Shown here: positions 27,003 through 40,411 of the stretch, piece after piece
Numbering within the stretch: the stretch's first letter is position 1
Layout: the number at the start of each line of letters is the position of its first letter
Program-made: the position numbers and the translations under genes
Origin: Octopus vulgaris
Taxonomy: Eukaryota
Direction of reading: 5' to 3'
Assembly (NCBI GenBank): GCA_951406725.2
Contig: OX597819.1
Coordinates: 26,784,001 to 26,848,000, forward strand
DNA: 64,000 nt
The notes under the pieces: model-generated
Databases searched by the model: none
What the model was told of the DNA's origin: nothing
What the model saw: only the letters and a program-made list of their open reading frames with translations

Positions 27003-27899
27003 AATCACTGGATTGTTTTCAAAGTATTTTGCTTTGCAATTCCCTCTTCATCATTCTCCGTATGAGTTCAATAGTTCAACAGAATAAGATATAGGGTGCA
27101 AGTAACATAATGCTTATTTCTTTCAAGCAAAACAGAACTGATTTGGTGGAGTGTCAAAGTTTCATTCTTAGTCCTGTATACAATATAGTTTGCGCTTCTC
27201 TTTAGTCATACACGTTGAAAAGATAAAACAAATGCAAAATTTGTATATGTCTGCACTCTTTTTCTAGTCGCTAATGTTTTGAGAGAAAGACAAATACATA
27301 CTTAAGATTTTTGAATAATACAAGATCAACATATTCTATTTTTGCTCTGTGTAAAAACATAATACATGAGACAATCTTGTATTTTTTATTTTATTTTATT
27401 TCATTTTTGTACTTATCTTCTCGACTAAGACAACATATTTGCTTGCATTGCTATAATATTTTTCACTGTTTTACTTTTTCAAACCACTTTTTTGCACAAC
27501 GATAAAATGGTCTTAATATGAGGTATATGTTTCGAGAAGAAAAAATAAATGAACTTCGATGTAAGATCAGAAGTAATATATATATAACATTCTTATTTAA
27601 CTTATTTCTCAAGGAACGTAACTGAATTAGTGAAGTAGTGTTCATATCAGTGACTACAAAAAACCCGATTTTTTATACAAGTATTCTTGCCTCATGTGAA
27701 TTGATGAATACAACACTAATAACAATACATTCAAATGAACATGTGCGTGATGTCCAACTTTCACTTACCTCAAGAATTCAAGAGTTAGATTTTTTGTTAA
27801 AACTCCCCCTAGATTCTGTGTGAAATATTTTTTATTACACACATGTGAGTGAGAACACTTTGAGATATTTTTGGTCTCTAACATATGTCAGATACTGCA

Positions 27900-28003
27900 A
27901 GCGCTGCTTCTGATTGGTCAATCCATGGTGATGACCCGAGGTCACGGTGACAGCGCTGCTTCTGATTGGTCAAACCATGATGATGACCCGAGGTCACGGT
28001 GAC
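27900..28003 (+). repeat. Tandem repeat, 2 x 52 bp
   Basis: agcgctgcttctgattggtcaa.ccatg.tgatgacccgaggtcacggtgac twice. Confidence 0.9.
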
Positions 28004-28099
28004 GGCACTACTTTTGTCATTCATAAGTTACAACTAAACGTGAAGAATTTAGTTATTGGGTTAATAAAATATGGTCGTTTATTCGTGCGTAATAAATAA

Positions 28100-28243
28100 A
28101 ATACCAAACTCATTCCCTATGGATACCGTATTTAATACAACTCGTGGCTTGTAAACGTATCTAACTCGCTTTCGCTCGTTAGATACGTTTACAAGCCACT
28201 CGTTGTAATAAATACGGTATCCATAGGGAACTCGTTTGGTATT
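28100..28243. repeat. 144-bp interrupted palindrome
   Basis: aataccaaac...tatctaactcgc-tttc-gctcgttagata...gtttggtatt. Confidence 0.9.
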
Positions 28244-28754
28244 CTCTATATATTTTGAGGATATCAAGTTATCTAACTATTTACGTGTATGCCTTTGTGT
28301 CTTGGATCTTCGTTTATCGACGATGTGGATTCAGTAGTTAGATTAACTGAATTATTTGCTCCTGAGTAAAAGTGTAAGTGGCTGACCATTGAACAGTTAC
28401 GTGTAACTTAACGTTATGTTTCACTGAACGTAACTTTTCAGCAGAATCAGCTTGCAACTAGACGTACAGTTAAAAGGAGAGCTTCTGTCCCATTTGTGTC
28501 CTCCCAATTTTATTCAAAATATATGGGTCAACCTGGGGTTATAGATAGTAACATTTACGCAGCATACCATGCAGAAGATCGAACCTGAGACCCCGTGATA
28601 TCGAAGTGAACTTCTAAACCATCAAATCATACAGTGCCTAATTATGGATGCATGAATGGATAAATTATATTTGTATATTATATATGCATTACACATACGC
28701 ACACACATATACACACACATGCACACATACATACATACAAAAATATATATACTC

Positions 28755-29145
28755 GCTCCTTTAGCTCAACTCTCCCCTTCTTCATCTAACCTCCTCCCTC
28801 GCCTCTCTCCCCCTCACACCTACTTCCTCCCTTCACTTCACTCCTACCCACTCCTTCAACGTCACCCCTTCCTCGTAAGCCCACCACACCCCTACAAACG
28901 TTCCACCCACTCCACCCACTCCCTTACACCCACTCCCACATTCCCCACCTCTATCCACACCATCCACCAACCCACATACCCCACCTCTACCCCCAACCTC
29001 TGCCTACCCACATACACCACCTCTACCCCCACCCATAGACTAACACTCCCCCTCTCGCTTCCCCCTCTCGCCTCCCCACCTCCCAACATCATCACATCAC
29101 AACACACCACAGCGCACTACGTTATTATCTCCCCTTCTCCCTAGA
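28755..29145. repeat. C-rich low-complexity tract
   Basis: Degenerate ccca/cccac/ctcc repeats with almost no G on the plus strand. Confidence 0.7.
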
Positions 29146-29174
29146 TCCCCTGTGCGACCCTTCTGTACGGTATT

Positions 29175-29335
29175 CGCCATGATAGATCGCTAGCCACTAC
29201 ACATTCTTTATTTTATCTCATTTCTTTCTGTGTTCTTTTCTGTGGAAGAGCGTAGGTTTGAAACGTTAAAGGCTTTTTCACTTCACTTGCGTTATACTAA
29301 CACATCTGTTTGTTGTCTACACCACCTGTCTTCGT

Positions 29336-29338
<3 letters not shown>
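29175..29338 (+). mobile_element. Family E element with hammerhead-like motif
   Basis: CTGTGGA-AGAGC-GTAG-GTTT-GAAA-CGTT at 29240-29267. Confidence 0.75.
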
Positions 29339-29383
<45 letters not shown>

Positions 29384-29384
<1 letters not shown>

Positions 29385-29595
29385 CGCCATGTTGAATCGC
29401 TAGCTTCTGCACGCATTTTTTTCTCTCTCCTTGTTTCTCTCCGTGTTTCTTTTCTGTGTATCTTTCTGTTGAAGAGCGTAGGCTCGAAACGTAACAGACT
29501 TGTTTTATTTATATTCCTGAGTGCCATACTAATACAATTGTTTGTTTGTACTCCACCTGCCTTCGTCTTTTGTTTATTTTCATAAAGCTTCCCGT

Positions 29596-29597
<2 letters not shown>
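29384..29597 (+). mobile_element. Family E element with hammerhead-like motif
   Basis: CTGTTGA-AGAGC-GTAG-GCTC-GAAA-CGTA at 29466-29493; flanked by (TA)n on both sides. Confidence 0.78.
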
Positions 29598-29626
<29 letters not shown>

Positions 29627-30532
29627 GCACACACACACATATATATGTGATGGACTGTATTCTTGCTATTGTCGCATGAAGGCCATTCTTTACTTTCTCT
29701 TTTTTTTTCTCCACATATTAGTGTCTGTGTCTTCTGTGAGACTGTTTCTGCTTTGTTTCTCCAAGTCACGCCACGTTTTTTTTACACTTAAAACATCCAA
29801 ACGAAATGCATTCTTTTGACATTCCCTTCTTGTACCCTATGTGCTGAATCCTTATGTTGATTTGGTTCCTGATATTTTTTTGCCAATCACTGTCAGTGGC
29901 CATTCTTTAAATTCTGATCCTTTTATTCCAATATGGTGATTGGTACTCTCTAGCTTATCCTTGTGTCTAATGAGCAGTCTTCCTACACTTTGTATTCTGG
30001 CTTGACGTTAACCATTAATGAGAATTTTCGGCGGTCTTTCATTATTCACCCTAGCCATCTCATTATTCACATGGCCATTTCCTTTTAACAGAAACTGCCA
30101 TAAGAAGGCATCTGTGCTTAATATATCAGATTGTTCATTAGAGGATTTCTCTTTGCATGTGAAACAGCAGATATTACTAAGATATCTCCTGTGGAACGTA
30201 TAGAGCTCTGTGACATGTTTTCTATATGGTGTCCACGGTTCAGAAATGTACCGCAAACTGAGATTTTCGTTTTCAAGCTCCATCCTCTTTTATTCCATGC
30301 ATTCGCTTGCAGCTTTCAAAAGGCCGCTAAATGGTGATCCTATTTAGCGTTTTGTCATTTAAACTTGACCAGATGGTGCACTGTAATGTGACTGAAATAG
30401 TGTTAAACACATACATTCACATATATATTAAATATAAATATACGCATGATATAGAAAAAGATAAAAGTTTTAGAAAATGTGTATATATATATATATATAT
30501 AGATAGAGATATAAAGATATATACATATACAT

Positions 30533-30589
<57 letters not shown>

Positions 30590-30594
30590 TTTTA

Positions 30595-30985
30595 TAAAAC
30601 TTTTATCTTTTTCCTAATTTCAGCCATTAGCTTGCAACCAGACTGGGGAACCGGGCACCACCTTGACGAGAACGAATCGATGCCAGTAGTATTTTAAAGA
30701 CTGCTATAGATAGTTTGTCGTACTACTAAGTTACGGGGACGTAAATAAGCCAACACCCGTTGTCAAACGTTGTGCAGAACAAATATGAACTCAACGATAC
30801 TGTCAAACTCACGCAAACACACGTACACATATAAGGTTTCTACACAGTTCCATCAGCCATAATCACTCCCAAGTCCAACAGCTATACTAGAAAACACTAG
30901 CCCAGGGTTCCATTCAATGGGATTGAACCCAAAACCATATGGTTGCAAATCAAACTTCTTAATCACACAGCTATGCTTGTACCCG
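30595..30985 (-). mobile_element. SINE family A, old diverged copy
   Basis: ctaagttacggggacgtaaa and ttgaacccaaaaccatatggttgc match the family A reverse complement. Confidence 0.65.
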
Positions 30986-31092
30986 TGAAATAGCAAGCAA
31001 TTTCCGATTGTGAAATTACATTTAACTCAGTCCAATTACGTATATTTAGCTAAGACCATTGGCACTTTTTATCTGCAATATTGTCACATTCC

Positions 31093-31830
31093 AAGGCGGC
31101 GTGTTAACAGTAACGTTAGCACGTCAAGCGAAATGCTTCGCAGTATTTCGTCTGCCGTTACGTTCTGAGTTCAAATTCCGCCGAGTTCGACGTTGCCTTT
31201 CCTTCTTTCGCGGTCGATAAAGTAAGTACCAGTTACGCACTGGGGTCGATGTAATCGACTTAATCCGTTTGTCTGTCCTTGTTTGTCCCCTCTATGTTTA
31301 GCCCCTTGTGGGTAGTAAAGAAATAGCTACGTTCTGAGTTCAAATTCCGCCGAGGTCGACTTTACTTTTCATCATCTCGGAGTCGATAAATTAAGTACCA
31401 GTTGGGTACTGGGGTCGATCTAATCGACTGGCCCCTCCCCTAAAATTTCGAGCCTTGTGCCTACTGTAGAAAAGAATATTGCCATATTCCTTGAACCGGA
31501 TGTATAGCAGAATCACTACTCTCTCGCACTCAGTATTTGAATACAGTATTTGAATGCGGCATTTTACGTTCTGCTTTCAAGTTCCAATGGAATCGAATTT
31601 ACATTACGTTCAAGCCGTGACCTGACAGAATCGTTAGCACTCCGTGCAAAATGCATAGCGGTATTTCGTCCTACTTTACGTTCGAAGTTCAAATGCCGCC
31701 GGAGTCGACTTTACCTTTCGTCATTTCGGTAGCGATAAAACAAGTACCAGTTGAGTGCTGAGGTCTATGTAGATGACTTACCCCCTCCATCGTAGTTGCC
31801 GGTCTTGTGCCATAGTGTGAAACTATTATA
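31093..31830 (+). mobile_element. Tandem cluster of SINE family B (tRNA-like head, Deu/Nin-like domain)
   Basis: aaggcggcg...gagttcaaattcc...cctttc(a)tcctttcg.ggtcgataaa.taagtaccag; several head-to-tail units. Confidence 0.8.
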
Positions 31831-32584
31831 TTGTTATATCTCTTGGAGTTCGAATATAGACTATCAAATGACTATAGAAAGACTAAACGAAACTGTGCAT
31901 ACGGCTGCTCCTCTGTGAACCAGCGAGACACAGCTAATGCATCTCCATTATATTTCTTTAGAACTCTGTATTATATCTTATATGTATTAGTACACGTTTA
32001 TGATCAAATGTTGCTGTTAATGAGGATAATCTCTTTAATCTCATTTATTATAGTCTATGCGGTACGAAAATGAAATATAGCCAAAGAATTTCCATATTGC
32101 TTTGTTAAACCATTATTATATATTAATCATCTAATATTAAAAGTCATTAAGATTCCAATAATTTAAATCTATGCTTATTAAGCTTTAACGTTATGTAATG
32201 TCGGCAAAAGTTTAAATGTTATAATCACACCCGTTCGTAAATGAACCTACAGCTTAGAGTAATATATAATGGTGAAATGGATTAAATTGAACATAGTGTG
32301 ATATCAATCGTCTCCTTTATTAATTTCATATAGCAACAGTCAGTTGAATAATAGCGTCGCTGGTTACAAATTTACAACAGACCGTCAATGGTTCCCTATC
32401 TTTCTTATTGTGTTTGTGTGTGTTTCGAGAGCAACAAAACGGCTTCTTAATCAGTGTAAGCAACTAAAGCCACGGCATCATCTTTTTTTATATATTTTTT
32501 GATATTTTCCCCGCAGAAACTAACATTCTTCGCTAACGCACATTCATGTTGACACAGGCGCACAATTAAACTTACGATAGTTTT

Positions 32585-32626
<42 letters not shown>

Positions 32627-32627
32627 C

Positions 32628-32785
32628 GGGTGGGAGAATTCACAAAAAAAAAAACAAAAGACGAAGACAGGTGGTGTAGACAACAAACAGATGTATGAGT
32701 ATAACGCTCGGGAAGTGAAAAAGTATTTAACGTTTCGAGCTTATGCTCATCCACAGAAAGAACCAAGGAGAGAAAATAAAGAATG
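32628..32785 (-). mobile_element. Family E element with hammerhead-like motif
   Basis: Minus strand TTT-CTGTGGA-TGAGC-ATAA-GCTC-GAAA-CGTT-AAA at ~32726-32759. Confidence 0.75.
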
Positions 32786-33194
32786 TATATATATATACAA
32801 ACACATATGTATACGGGACTGGTTCTGCTGCACAGTTCTTCTCAAACAAACCCTACTAATAACTCATACTGGCTAATCAGCTTCGAAAACTTTGACCTAA
32901 GATTATTCGCAGTGGCTGCTGGTTGCTAGGCCACCATCTTAGACATAAAACCATTCATCTTATATTAGAGAAGAGACTCATACCCTGCTGGAGTTCTCGC
33001 GTTTATTTAACTGATGCTAAAGTAATCTTCGTAACAAAGACATATTTCTAAGTGCTACAAGCATGATGAAATGTTGTCAGCTCAATCGTGAAGACTAAAG
33101 AAATACCGGCTTTCATGGTTATTTACATTTATGTTCTACTTGCTTACATCGCTATTTCTGCAACTGCTGCTGCTGCTGTTTGTTTGTTTGTTGA

Positions 33195-33545
33195 GTGAAG
33201 CGGTCTTCGTCCCGTCAGTGGGAGATGTCTGAAACGTGGCCGTTTGTTATTCGTAAGTCCCGCAGAAGAGAAAGCAGGTCGACCTCCGACACCGAGAGCA
33301 TCGACGGATGGATGAATGCGCATCCAGGCTCAGCGGTTGCGTACGAATTCGGGACAAGAAGCAGGAAGAAAGAGTGAGAGAAAGTTGAGGCGAAAAAGTA
33401 ACACAAGGGTCGCCACCACTCCCTGTCGGAGCATCGTGGTGCTTTAGGTGTTTTCGCTCAATAAACACACACAATGCCCGGCCTGGAAATCGAAACCGCG
33501 ATCCTCCGACCGCGAGTCCGCTGCCCTAACCACTAGCCCATTGAA
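33195..33545 (-). mobile_element. SINE family D (tRNA-derived), alternative tail
   Basis: Minus strand ggctagtggttagggcagcggactcgcggtcggaggatcgcggtttcgatttcc; head and body shared with 49457-49817. Confidence 0.8.
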
Positions 33546-34258
33546 TGTTGTGATACACCGATTCACAGAATGCTATCACATCTGCTTGAGCCATGTCGTA
33601 GTCCTAGCCAAAATACATTACTATAGGTATAACACTTAAAATTGCATCAAAATTACCGTTTAGTTGATATGTATGCCTACTATTTATTATGATGGGAACA
33701 TAGGAGGAGGTTTCAATTTAATCAATAACTCAGTTTCTTCTCAAATATCTGTATAATACCTTAAAGCGAAAAAACCCAGATTCATGCAAAAATCTATCAT
33801 TAGCCTATATTTAAACTCTACAACACTCGCTTCAAATATTTGAAACACAAAGAGATTTAATGGTCACGCCAGGAAATATATTTGGTCTTAAGTTTGCTTG
33901 ATAGCAGGCAAATAATAACGAGGTGATACAATCGAACCAATTGGGAAGTCTCTGTATAGCTGTTTAACATGCTAGAAATAACAGATTGATCATTGGAGAA
34001 TATTACTTTCGAGCAGATAGGTTTTCTAACCAGAACCTCATGTTTTCGTCCACATCAGCTGTAATTAGAATGATAGATATTTTGCAGTGGTATTGATGTT
34101 ACTAATCCAGTTTCTATTACTAAATGAGTAATACAGTGAAAATTAAACTTTCACATCAGGTTTCGCATGAGACATCAGGTTTCACTGTAAATATATATAA
34201 ACTTTCTGTATGTATGCGTACATATATATACTGGTTGTTAAAGCAGTGTGGCTCATAT

Positions 34259-34421
34259 AGGCGCAGGCGTGGGTGTGTGGTAAGAACCTTGCTTCCCAAC
34301 CACACGGTTCGGGGTTCAGTCCCACTGTGTGACACTTTGGTCAAATGTCATCTACTATAGCTTCGAGACAAGCAAAGGGGAGTGGATTTGATAAATGGAA
34401 ACTGAAAGAAGCCCGTCGCAT

Positions 34422-34492
<71 letters not shown>

Positions 34493-34635
34493 TGTCCCTG
34501 TTTATTTCTGTGTTCCTTTCTGTCGAAGAGCGTGGGCTCGAAACGTAAAATATTTCTCTCTTTCTGAGCGTTAAACTAATACATCTGTTTGTTGTGTACA
34601 AACCCGTCTTTTATCTTTTGTTTTCTTGTAAATTC

Positions 34636-34694
<59 letters not shown>

Positions 34695-34970
34695 ATATAT
34701 GTATATATATATATATGTGTGTGTGTGTATGTAAAGATATATATATATACATATTTATATATTTGTGTGTCTGTGTTTGTCCCTCCACCATCGCTTGACA
34801 ACCGATGTTGGAGTATTTACGACCGCTTAACTTAGCGGTTCGGCAAATGAGATCGATAGAATAAGTACTAGACTTACAAAGAATAAGCCCTGGAATCGAT
34901 TTGTTCGACGAATAGTGGTGCTCCAGCATAGCCGTAGTCAAATGGCAAAAACCAGTAAAAGAATAAAAGA
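34259..34970 (+). mobile_element. SINE family A with a family E element nested in its internal (TA)n
   Basis: Head at 34259, tail ends ~34970; insert at 34491-34640. Confidence 0.82.
34491..34640 (+). mobile_element. Family E element (5'-truncated) with hammerhead-like motif
   Basis: CTGTCGA-AGAGC-GTGG-GCTC-GAAA-CGTA-AAA at 34520-34550. Confidence 0.75.
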
Positions 34971-35520
34971 ATATATATCTAAAATGTACACACATATATA
35001 TGCATATCACTAGTATATCAATACATGTATTCGCACGATTATACATGTGTGAGAATGTTTCTCTTTGTAAATGCATGTGCTTGAATATTCTTGTGTGTGT
35101 AAGTGTTTGTATTGCGTGTGTTTATAGACCCAAAACTGAACATATATGGTATCTCTTTGATATTGACCATAAGTGTGGGCAAGCAAAACAAAGTGTATTA
35201 AAGATAAGTCAACTTAAGAGACAATATGTCTTCGACTGCGATAATTGAAGGACTGAATTTCTAATAATTCCCGTTATAATTCCTAGCAGTTGTCAGGAGA
35301 AGGATTCTTATAAAGTAGACCTTTTGTATAGAATTATTACAAGTTAATAAATATCAATTCATCAGGTGAAATCTGCCAGAAACATGAGCAAATAAAATCA
35401 ATTAGGCAGCACCATCTTGAGATAGATATTTCTTGCCTGCTGGGTGGCAGATTGGCTGGAATACTCTACAGACCGTAACATAACAATATTATGTTGTCAA
35501 TATTCTACTGTTTGTTTAAA

Positions 35521-36195
35521 CAGCGAGCTGGCAGAATATTTAGTACGTCGGGCAAATTGTATAGCGTCATTTCGTCCATTATTATGTTCTGATTTCAAAT
35601 GCTGCTGAGGTAGACTTTGCCATTCCTTTTTCTCGAGATCGATAAAATGCATACCATTAGAGTTCTGGGGTCGATGTAATTGATTTATTCCCTCCTGGCC
35701 TGGAGGCGAAATAACTGGCCTGGAGGCAAAATGTGCACCTAATATTCTACTGGTTGTTAAGGCGGCGAGCTGGCAGAAACGTTAGCACACCGGGCGAAAT
35801 GCTAAGCGGGTATTTCGTCTGTCATTACGTTCTAAGTTCAAATTCCGCCGAGGTCGAATTTGCCTTTCATCCTTTCGGGGTTGATAAATTAAGTACCAGT
35901 TACGCACTGGGGTCGATATAATCGACTTAATCCGTTTGTCTGTCCTTGTTTGTCTCCTCTATGTTTAGCCCCTTGTAGGCAATACAGAAATAAGAAACGT
36001 TAGCACACCTGGCAAAATGCTTAGTGGCATTTCGTCTGTCTTTATGTTCTGAGCTCAAGTTCCACTGAGGTAGACTTTACCTTTAATCCTTTCGAGGTCG
36101 ATAAAATAAGTACTAGTTGGGTACTGGGGTTGATGTAATCGACTGACATCCTCCACAAAATTGCTGGACTTGTGCCAGAATTTAAAACCAATTTA
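35521..36195 (+). mobile_element. Tandem cluster of SINE family B (Deu/Nin-like)
   Basis: Units at ~35521, 35759 and 35995 with gcctttcatcctttcggggttgataaattaagtaccag. Confidence 0.82.
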
Positions 36196-36681
36196 TTCTA
36201 CTTGTCATTCTGATTAATAAGTTAATAGATTCCTTACGATGGAGCAGTCTTATGATATAACGGTCGCTCCAATCCCAAACGTCCCATATTTTCTTGATAC
36301 AAAGTATAGCTCTATAAATTATATAATATACGTACAAGGCCAGTATATTTTGTTTTGTTTGTTTGTATTTTGTGGAGTAGTCTAATTATGAGTAACATTT
36401 CAATTGCGAAGACCCCATATTCTCTTGTAATGCAACGTATGCCTCTCGAATTATTATATTGAAATAACACATGTACAACGCCAGCATTTCGTTTGTTTGT
36501 TTTTGTTTTGTTTTTCGGGTTTTTTTTTTTTTTTTTTTTTTGGTGGGCTACAATAACAAATGATTATACATTATCTACCTCGAAATGACAAGCGAGACAA
36601 ATCTCAGTGAGTTTTAAACTGACAGCAGAAAGTCTCAACAAACACTGCAAGGCATTTTACCCCAAACGCTAATGATTCTAC

Positions 36682-37080
36682 TCTGTTACTTGTTTCAGTC
36701 ATTTGACTGTGGCCATGCTGGAGTACCGCCTTTAGTCGAGCAAATCGACCCTCCATGACTTATTCTTTGCAAGCCTAGTACTTATTCTTTCTGTCTCTTT
36801 TGCCGAACCGCTAAGTTACGAGGACTTAAACACACCAGCATCGTTTGTCAAGCGATGTTGGGGAGACAAACACAGGCACACAAAAATATACACACACGCA
36901 TACATATGCATATATACGACGATCTTCTTTCAGTTTCCGTCTACCAAATCCACTCACAAGGCTTGGGACGGCCCCATGTTATAGTAGAATAGTAGAAGAC
37001 ACTTGCCCAAGGTGCCACGCAGTGGGACTGAGAACGGAACCATGTGGTTCGTAAGCAAGCTACATACCACACAGCCACTC
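36682..37080 (-). mobile_element. SINE family A, near full length
   Basis: Reverse complement of family A. Confidence 0.85.
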
Positions 37081-38013
37081 AAACCGTTCGAAATAATGTT
37101 TCTAGTGTCGATAAAAGGCCTGGAATTTTTTGCTAGATATTAATACATTTGTCTGGTACGTCATTTTGTGTGTGTTTGTGTGTGTTTGTGTGTGTGTCTT
37201 TTTGTCTGCGTTTAATGCACTCCCACCCGCCTATCATCATTTGACAAGTATTACATCAACTCCCGACGAGATAGTGCTTCGACAAAAACGTTCAATAAAG
37301 TAAATACCAAGCTCTAAAAATATGTACTGGGTTCAAGTTTTTCGACTAAACTATTTGCGGCGGTGCTCCAGAATAGCCGCAGTCCAATGACAGAAGGACG
37401 TAAAAGATAGAAGATTCACAGACGCAATATAAAAGACAAGGTGGAATTAATGCTGAAGTCGGTGCTCCCAGTATAGCCTAACAACTTTGATATAAAGCAA
37501 ACAAAAGATCTACGAAGAAATATGTTATGTAGTATGTGTACATATGTATTTCATCTCATGTTTTAGTAGTTCTCATAATAAACAGATTCACTCGTTAACA
37601 TACAAAATGATCATGGCATGGACGCAGTCACACAAATAATTCTTATGTGAGGCATGTCGAATAATATATATCCGTGTGTGTGTGTGAATGTGTGTGTGTG
37701 TGTGTGTGTGTGTGAATGTGTGCAAGCGTATATGTGGGTTGTAAATATACATATGCTTCTGTATGACTGTACGTGTATATCTGTGTCTGAATAAATCCCT
37801 CTATAATGTATCCATACATATATATGCGTATACAAATGCGTATATATATATATACATACATATATATATGTGCGTGTGTGTGTGTGTGTATGCATATATA
37901 TATGAATACATGTATATATATAAATATATATACATATATATATGTATATATATATTTATTTATATAAATATATATATGCATGTATATATATACATACATA
38001 TATGTATATATAT

Positions 38014-38085
<72 letters not shown>

Positions 38086-38094
38086 CATATAATA

Positions 38095-38480
38095 ATAATA
38101 TAAGGGAGTAAATCCAAACTTACAGGGAAAAATTAGATTTAGGACTAAATCCAATTTTATAGTATAAATATATATTATATTAAATATATATTAAATTAGA
38201 GATAAAACCACTATTAGGCAAATCAAGAAGTGAAAATCATAAGCCAATACATAGAAAAAAATTAATTAAAAAAATATAAAATATAAATATAAAAAATATA
38301 AAATATAAAATTCCAAATTAAATTAATTTAAATATTTAATTTTGGAATTTTATATTTTATACTTTTTATATTTATATCTTATAATTTTTGAATTAATTTT
38401 TTTCTATGTATTGGCTTATGATTTTCACTGCTTGATTTGCCTAATAGTGGTTTTATCTCTAATTTAATATAATATTTAAT
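38095..38480. mobile_element. Family G element: tail plus ~280-bp fold-back hairpin
   Basis: attaaattagagataaaaccactattaggcaaatcaag...cttgatttgcctaatagtggttttatctctaatttaat; 38095-38175 matches the reverse complement of 20107-20190. Confidence 0.8.
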
Positions 38481-38534
38481 ATATATATATATGTATGTGT
38501 ATACATATATATATTAATTATATATATATATATA

Positions 38535-38836
<302 letters not shown>

Positions 38837-39185
38837 ATGTTCAGATGGCATATTTGTAATGAGATATGTAAGTTGCGTGCTGGTCTAAAAAGGCATTCAA
38901 AAATCCAATAAATCAACCAAGAATAACAATACGGTGCCGCTTAACGTAAGACATACTTACATTATACGCAATGCAAATTTCAAGCAGCTCTCTGACATAA
39001 GCCACATTGGTGATCATGCACATCTAACCAGAAGTGGTCAAACTTTGAATAGATGTAAAATGCTCCCCTCTCTCTCTAGCTATCTCTCTTTCTCTTTCCT
39101 TCCCTATCTCTTTCTTTCTTTCTTTCTTTCTATATATATATACGACCGCGAGTCCGCTGTCCTAACCAATGGGCCATTACGCCTC

Positions 39186-39250
<65 letters not shown>

Positions 39251-39264
39251 GTAAGTATGTATAT

Positions 39265-39374
39265 ATGCCAAATATACCGAAAAAAAGACAAAATTGTCAA
39301 TTAACCATTATAATTAACTATTATAAATTATAATGGTTAATTGACAATTTTGTCTTTTTTCGGAATATTTGGCA
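39265..39374. repeat. 110-bp near-perfect hairpin
   Basis: atgccaaatat.ccgaaaaaa.gacaaaattgtcaattaaccattataatt / aattataatggttaattgacaattttgtcttttttcggaatatttggcat. Confidence 0.9.
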
Positions 39375-39604
39375 TTAGAATTTTTCTTTTGCCCTTATAT
39401 TGTAAATTATTTATAAATTTAACCTTTAAAGGTATTTTTTGATATGCTGGCCATTGATGAAATTTTTTTCCCGAAAAAAAATTTTATCCTACATTAATTA
39501 TATATATGTATGTATATTTGACAGCCAAAACAAAAGCATATTACTCTACCTTTGTTATTCGAGTACTATTTTAACCTCTTGTTTTGCACTTCTATACCCA
39601 CCTT

Positions 39605-39652
<48 letters not shown>

Positions 39653-39729
39653 GAGGGAAATACATATTTGTCTATGAGGATATGTCTATGTGTATTATGT
39701 GTATATATATATATATATATATATACGTA

Positions 39730-40100
39730 TCACGGCTGTGTGATAAGGAACTTGCTTCCCAGCTACATGGTTGCCGATTCAGTCTCACTGTGTGGTACCT
39801 TAGGTAAGTGGATTTGGTTGTGAGTGGATTTGGTAGACGGTAACTGAAAGAAGCTCGTCGTATATGTATTTATATGTTTGTATGTGTGTCTATAGTTCCT
39901 CCCCCTCCCCCATCACCGTTTGACAACTGGTGTTCGTGTGTTTCCGTACCCGTAAGTTACCAGTGCAGCAAAAGATATCGGGAGAACAAGTACCGGGCAT
40001 AGAAAAGTACTGGGGTCGACACACTCGACTCGACTAAACTTTCATCAAGGAGTTACTCCGGCCTGGCCGTGGTCAATTAAATGAAATATATAAAAGAGAA
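39730..40100 (+). mobile_element. SINE family A, diverged and deleted
   Basis: ggctgtgtgataagg...gtgagtggatttggtagacgg...tactggggtcgac. Confidence 0.75.
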
Positions 40101-40104
40101 AACA

Positions 40105-40141
<37 letters not shown>

Positions 40142-40411
40142 GTATATGTATATATATATGTATATATATATATAAAGTATATATATATATAAAGTATATA
40201 TATATGTATATATATATGTATATATATATATATAATGTATATATATATATATATGTGTGTATATATATAATGCATATATATATGTGTACTTATATATATC
40301 TATAAATATGTATATATATATCTATATATATATATGTATGTATATATATATATATATATCTATATATATATATCTATATATATATATATGTATGTATATA
40401 TATATATATAT

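Noticed and set aside
26744-28003. Direct repeats as a possible CRISPR-like array
   Set aside because: Only two or three copies, no unique spacers, eukaryotic context
28656-29144. 162-aa Pro/Thr-rich ORF
   Set aside because: Product of a C-rich low-complexity tract
29640-30400. Possible decayed LINE ORF1 with CFKC knuckle-like motif
   Set aside because: Incomplete CCHC motif and many stops
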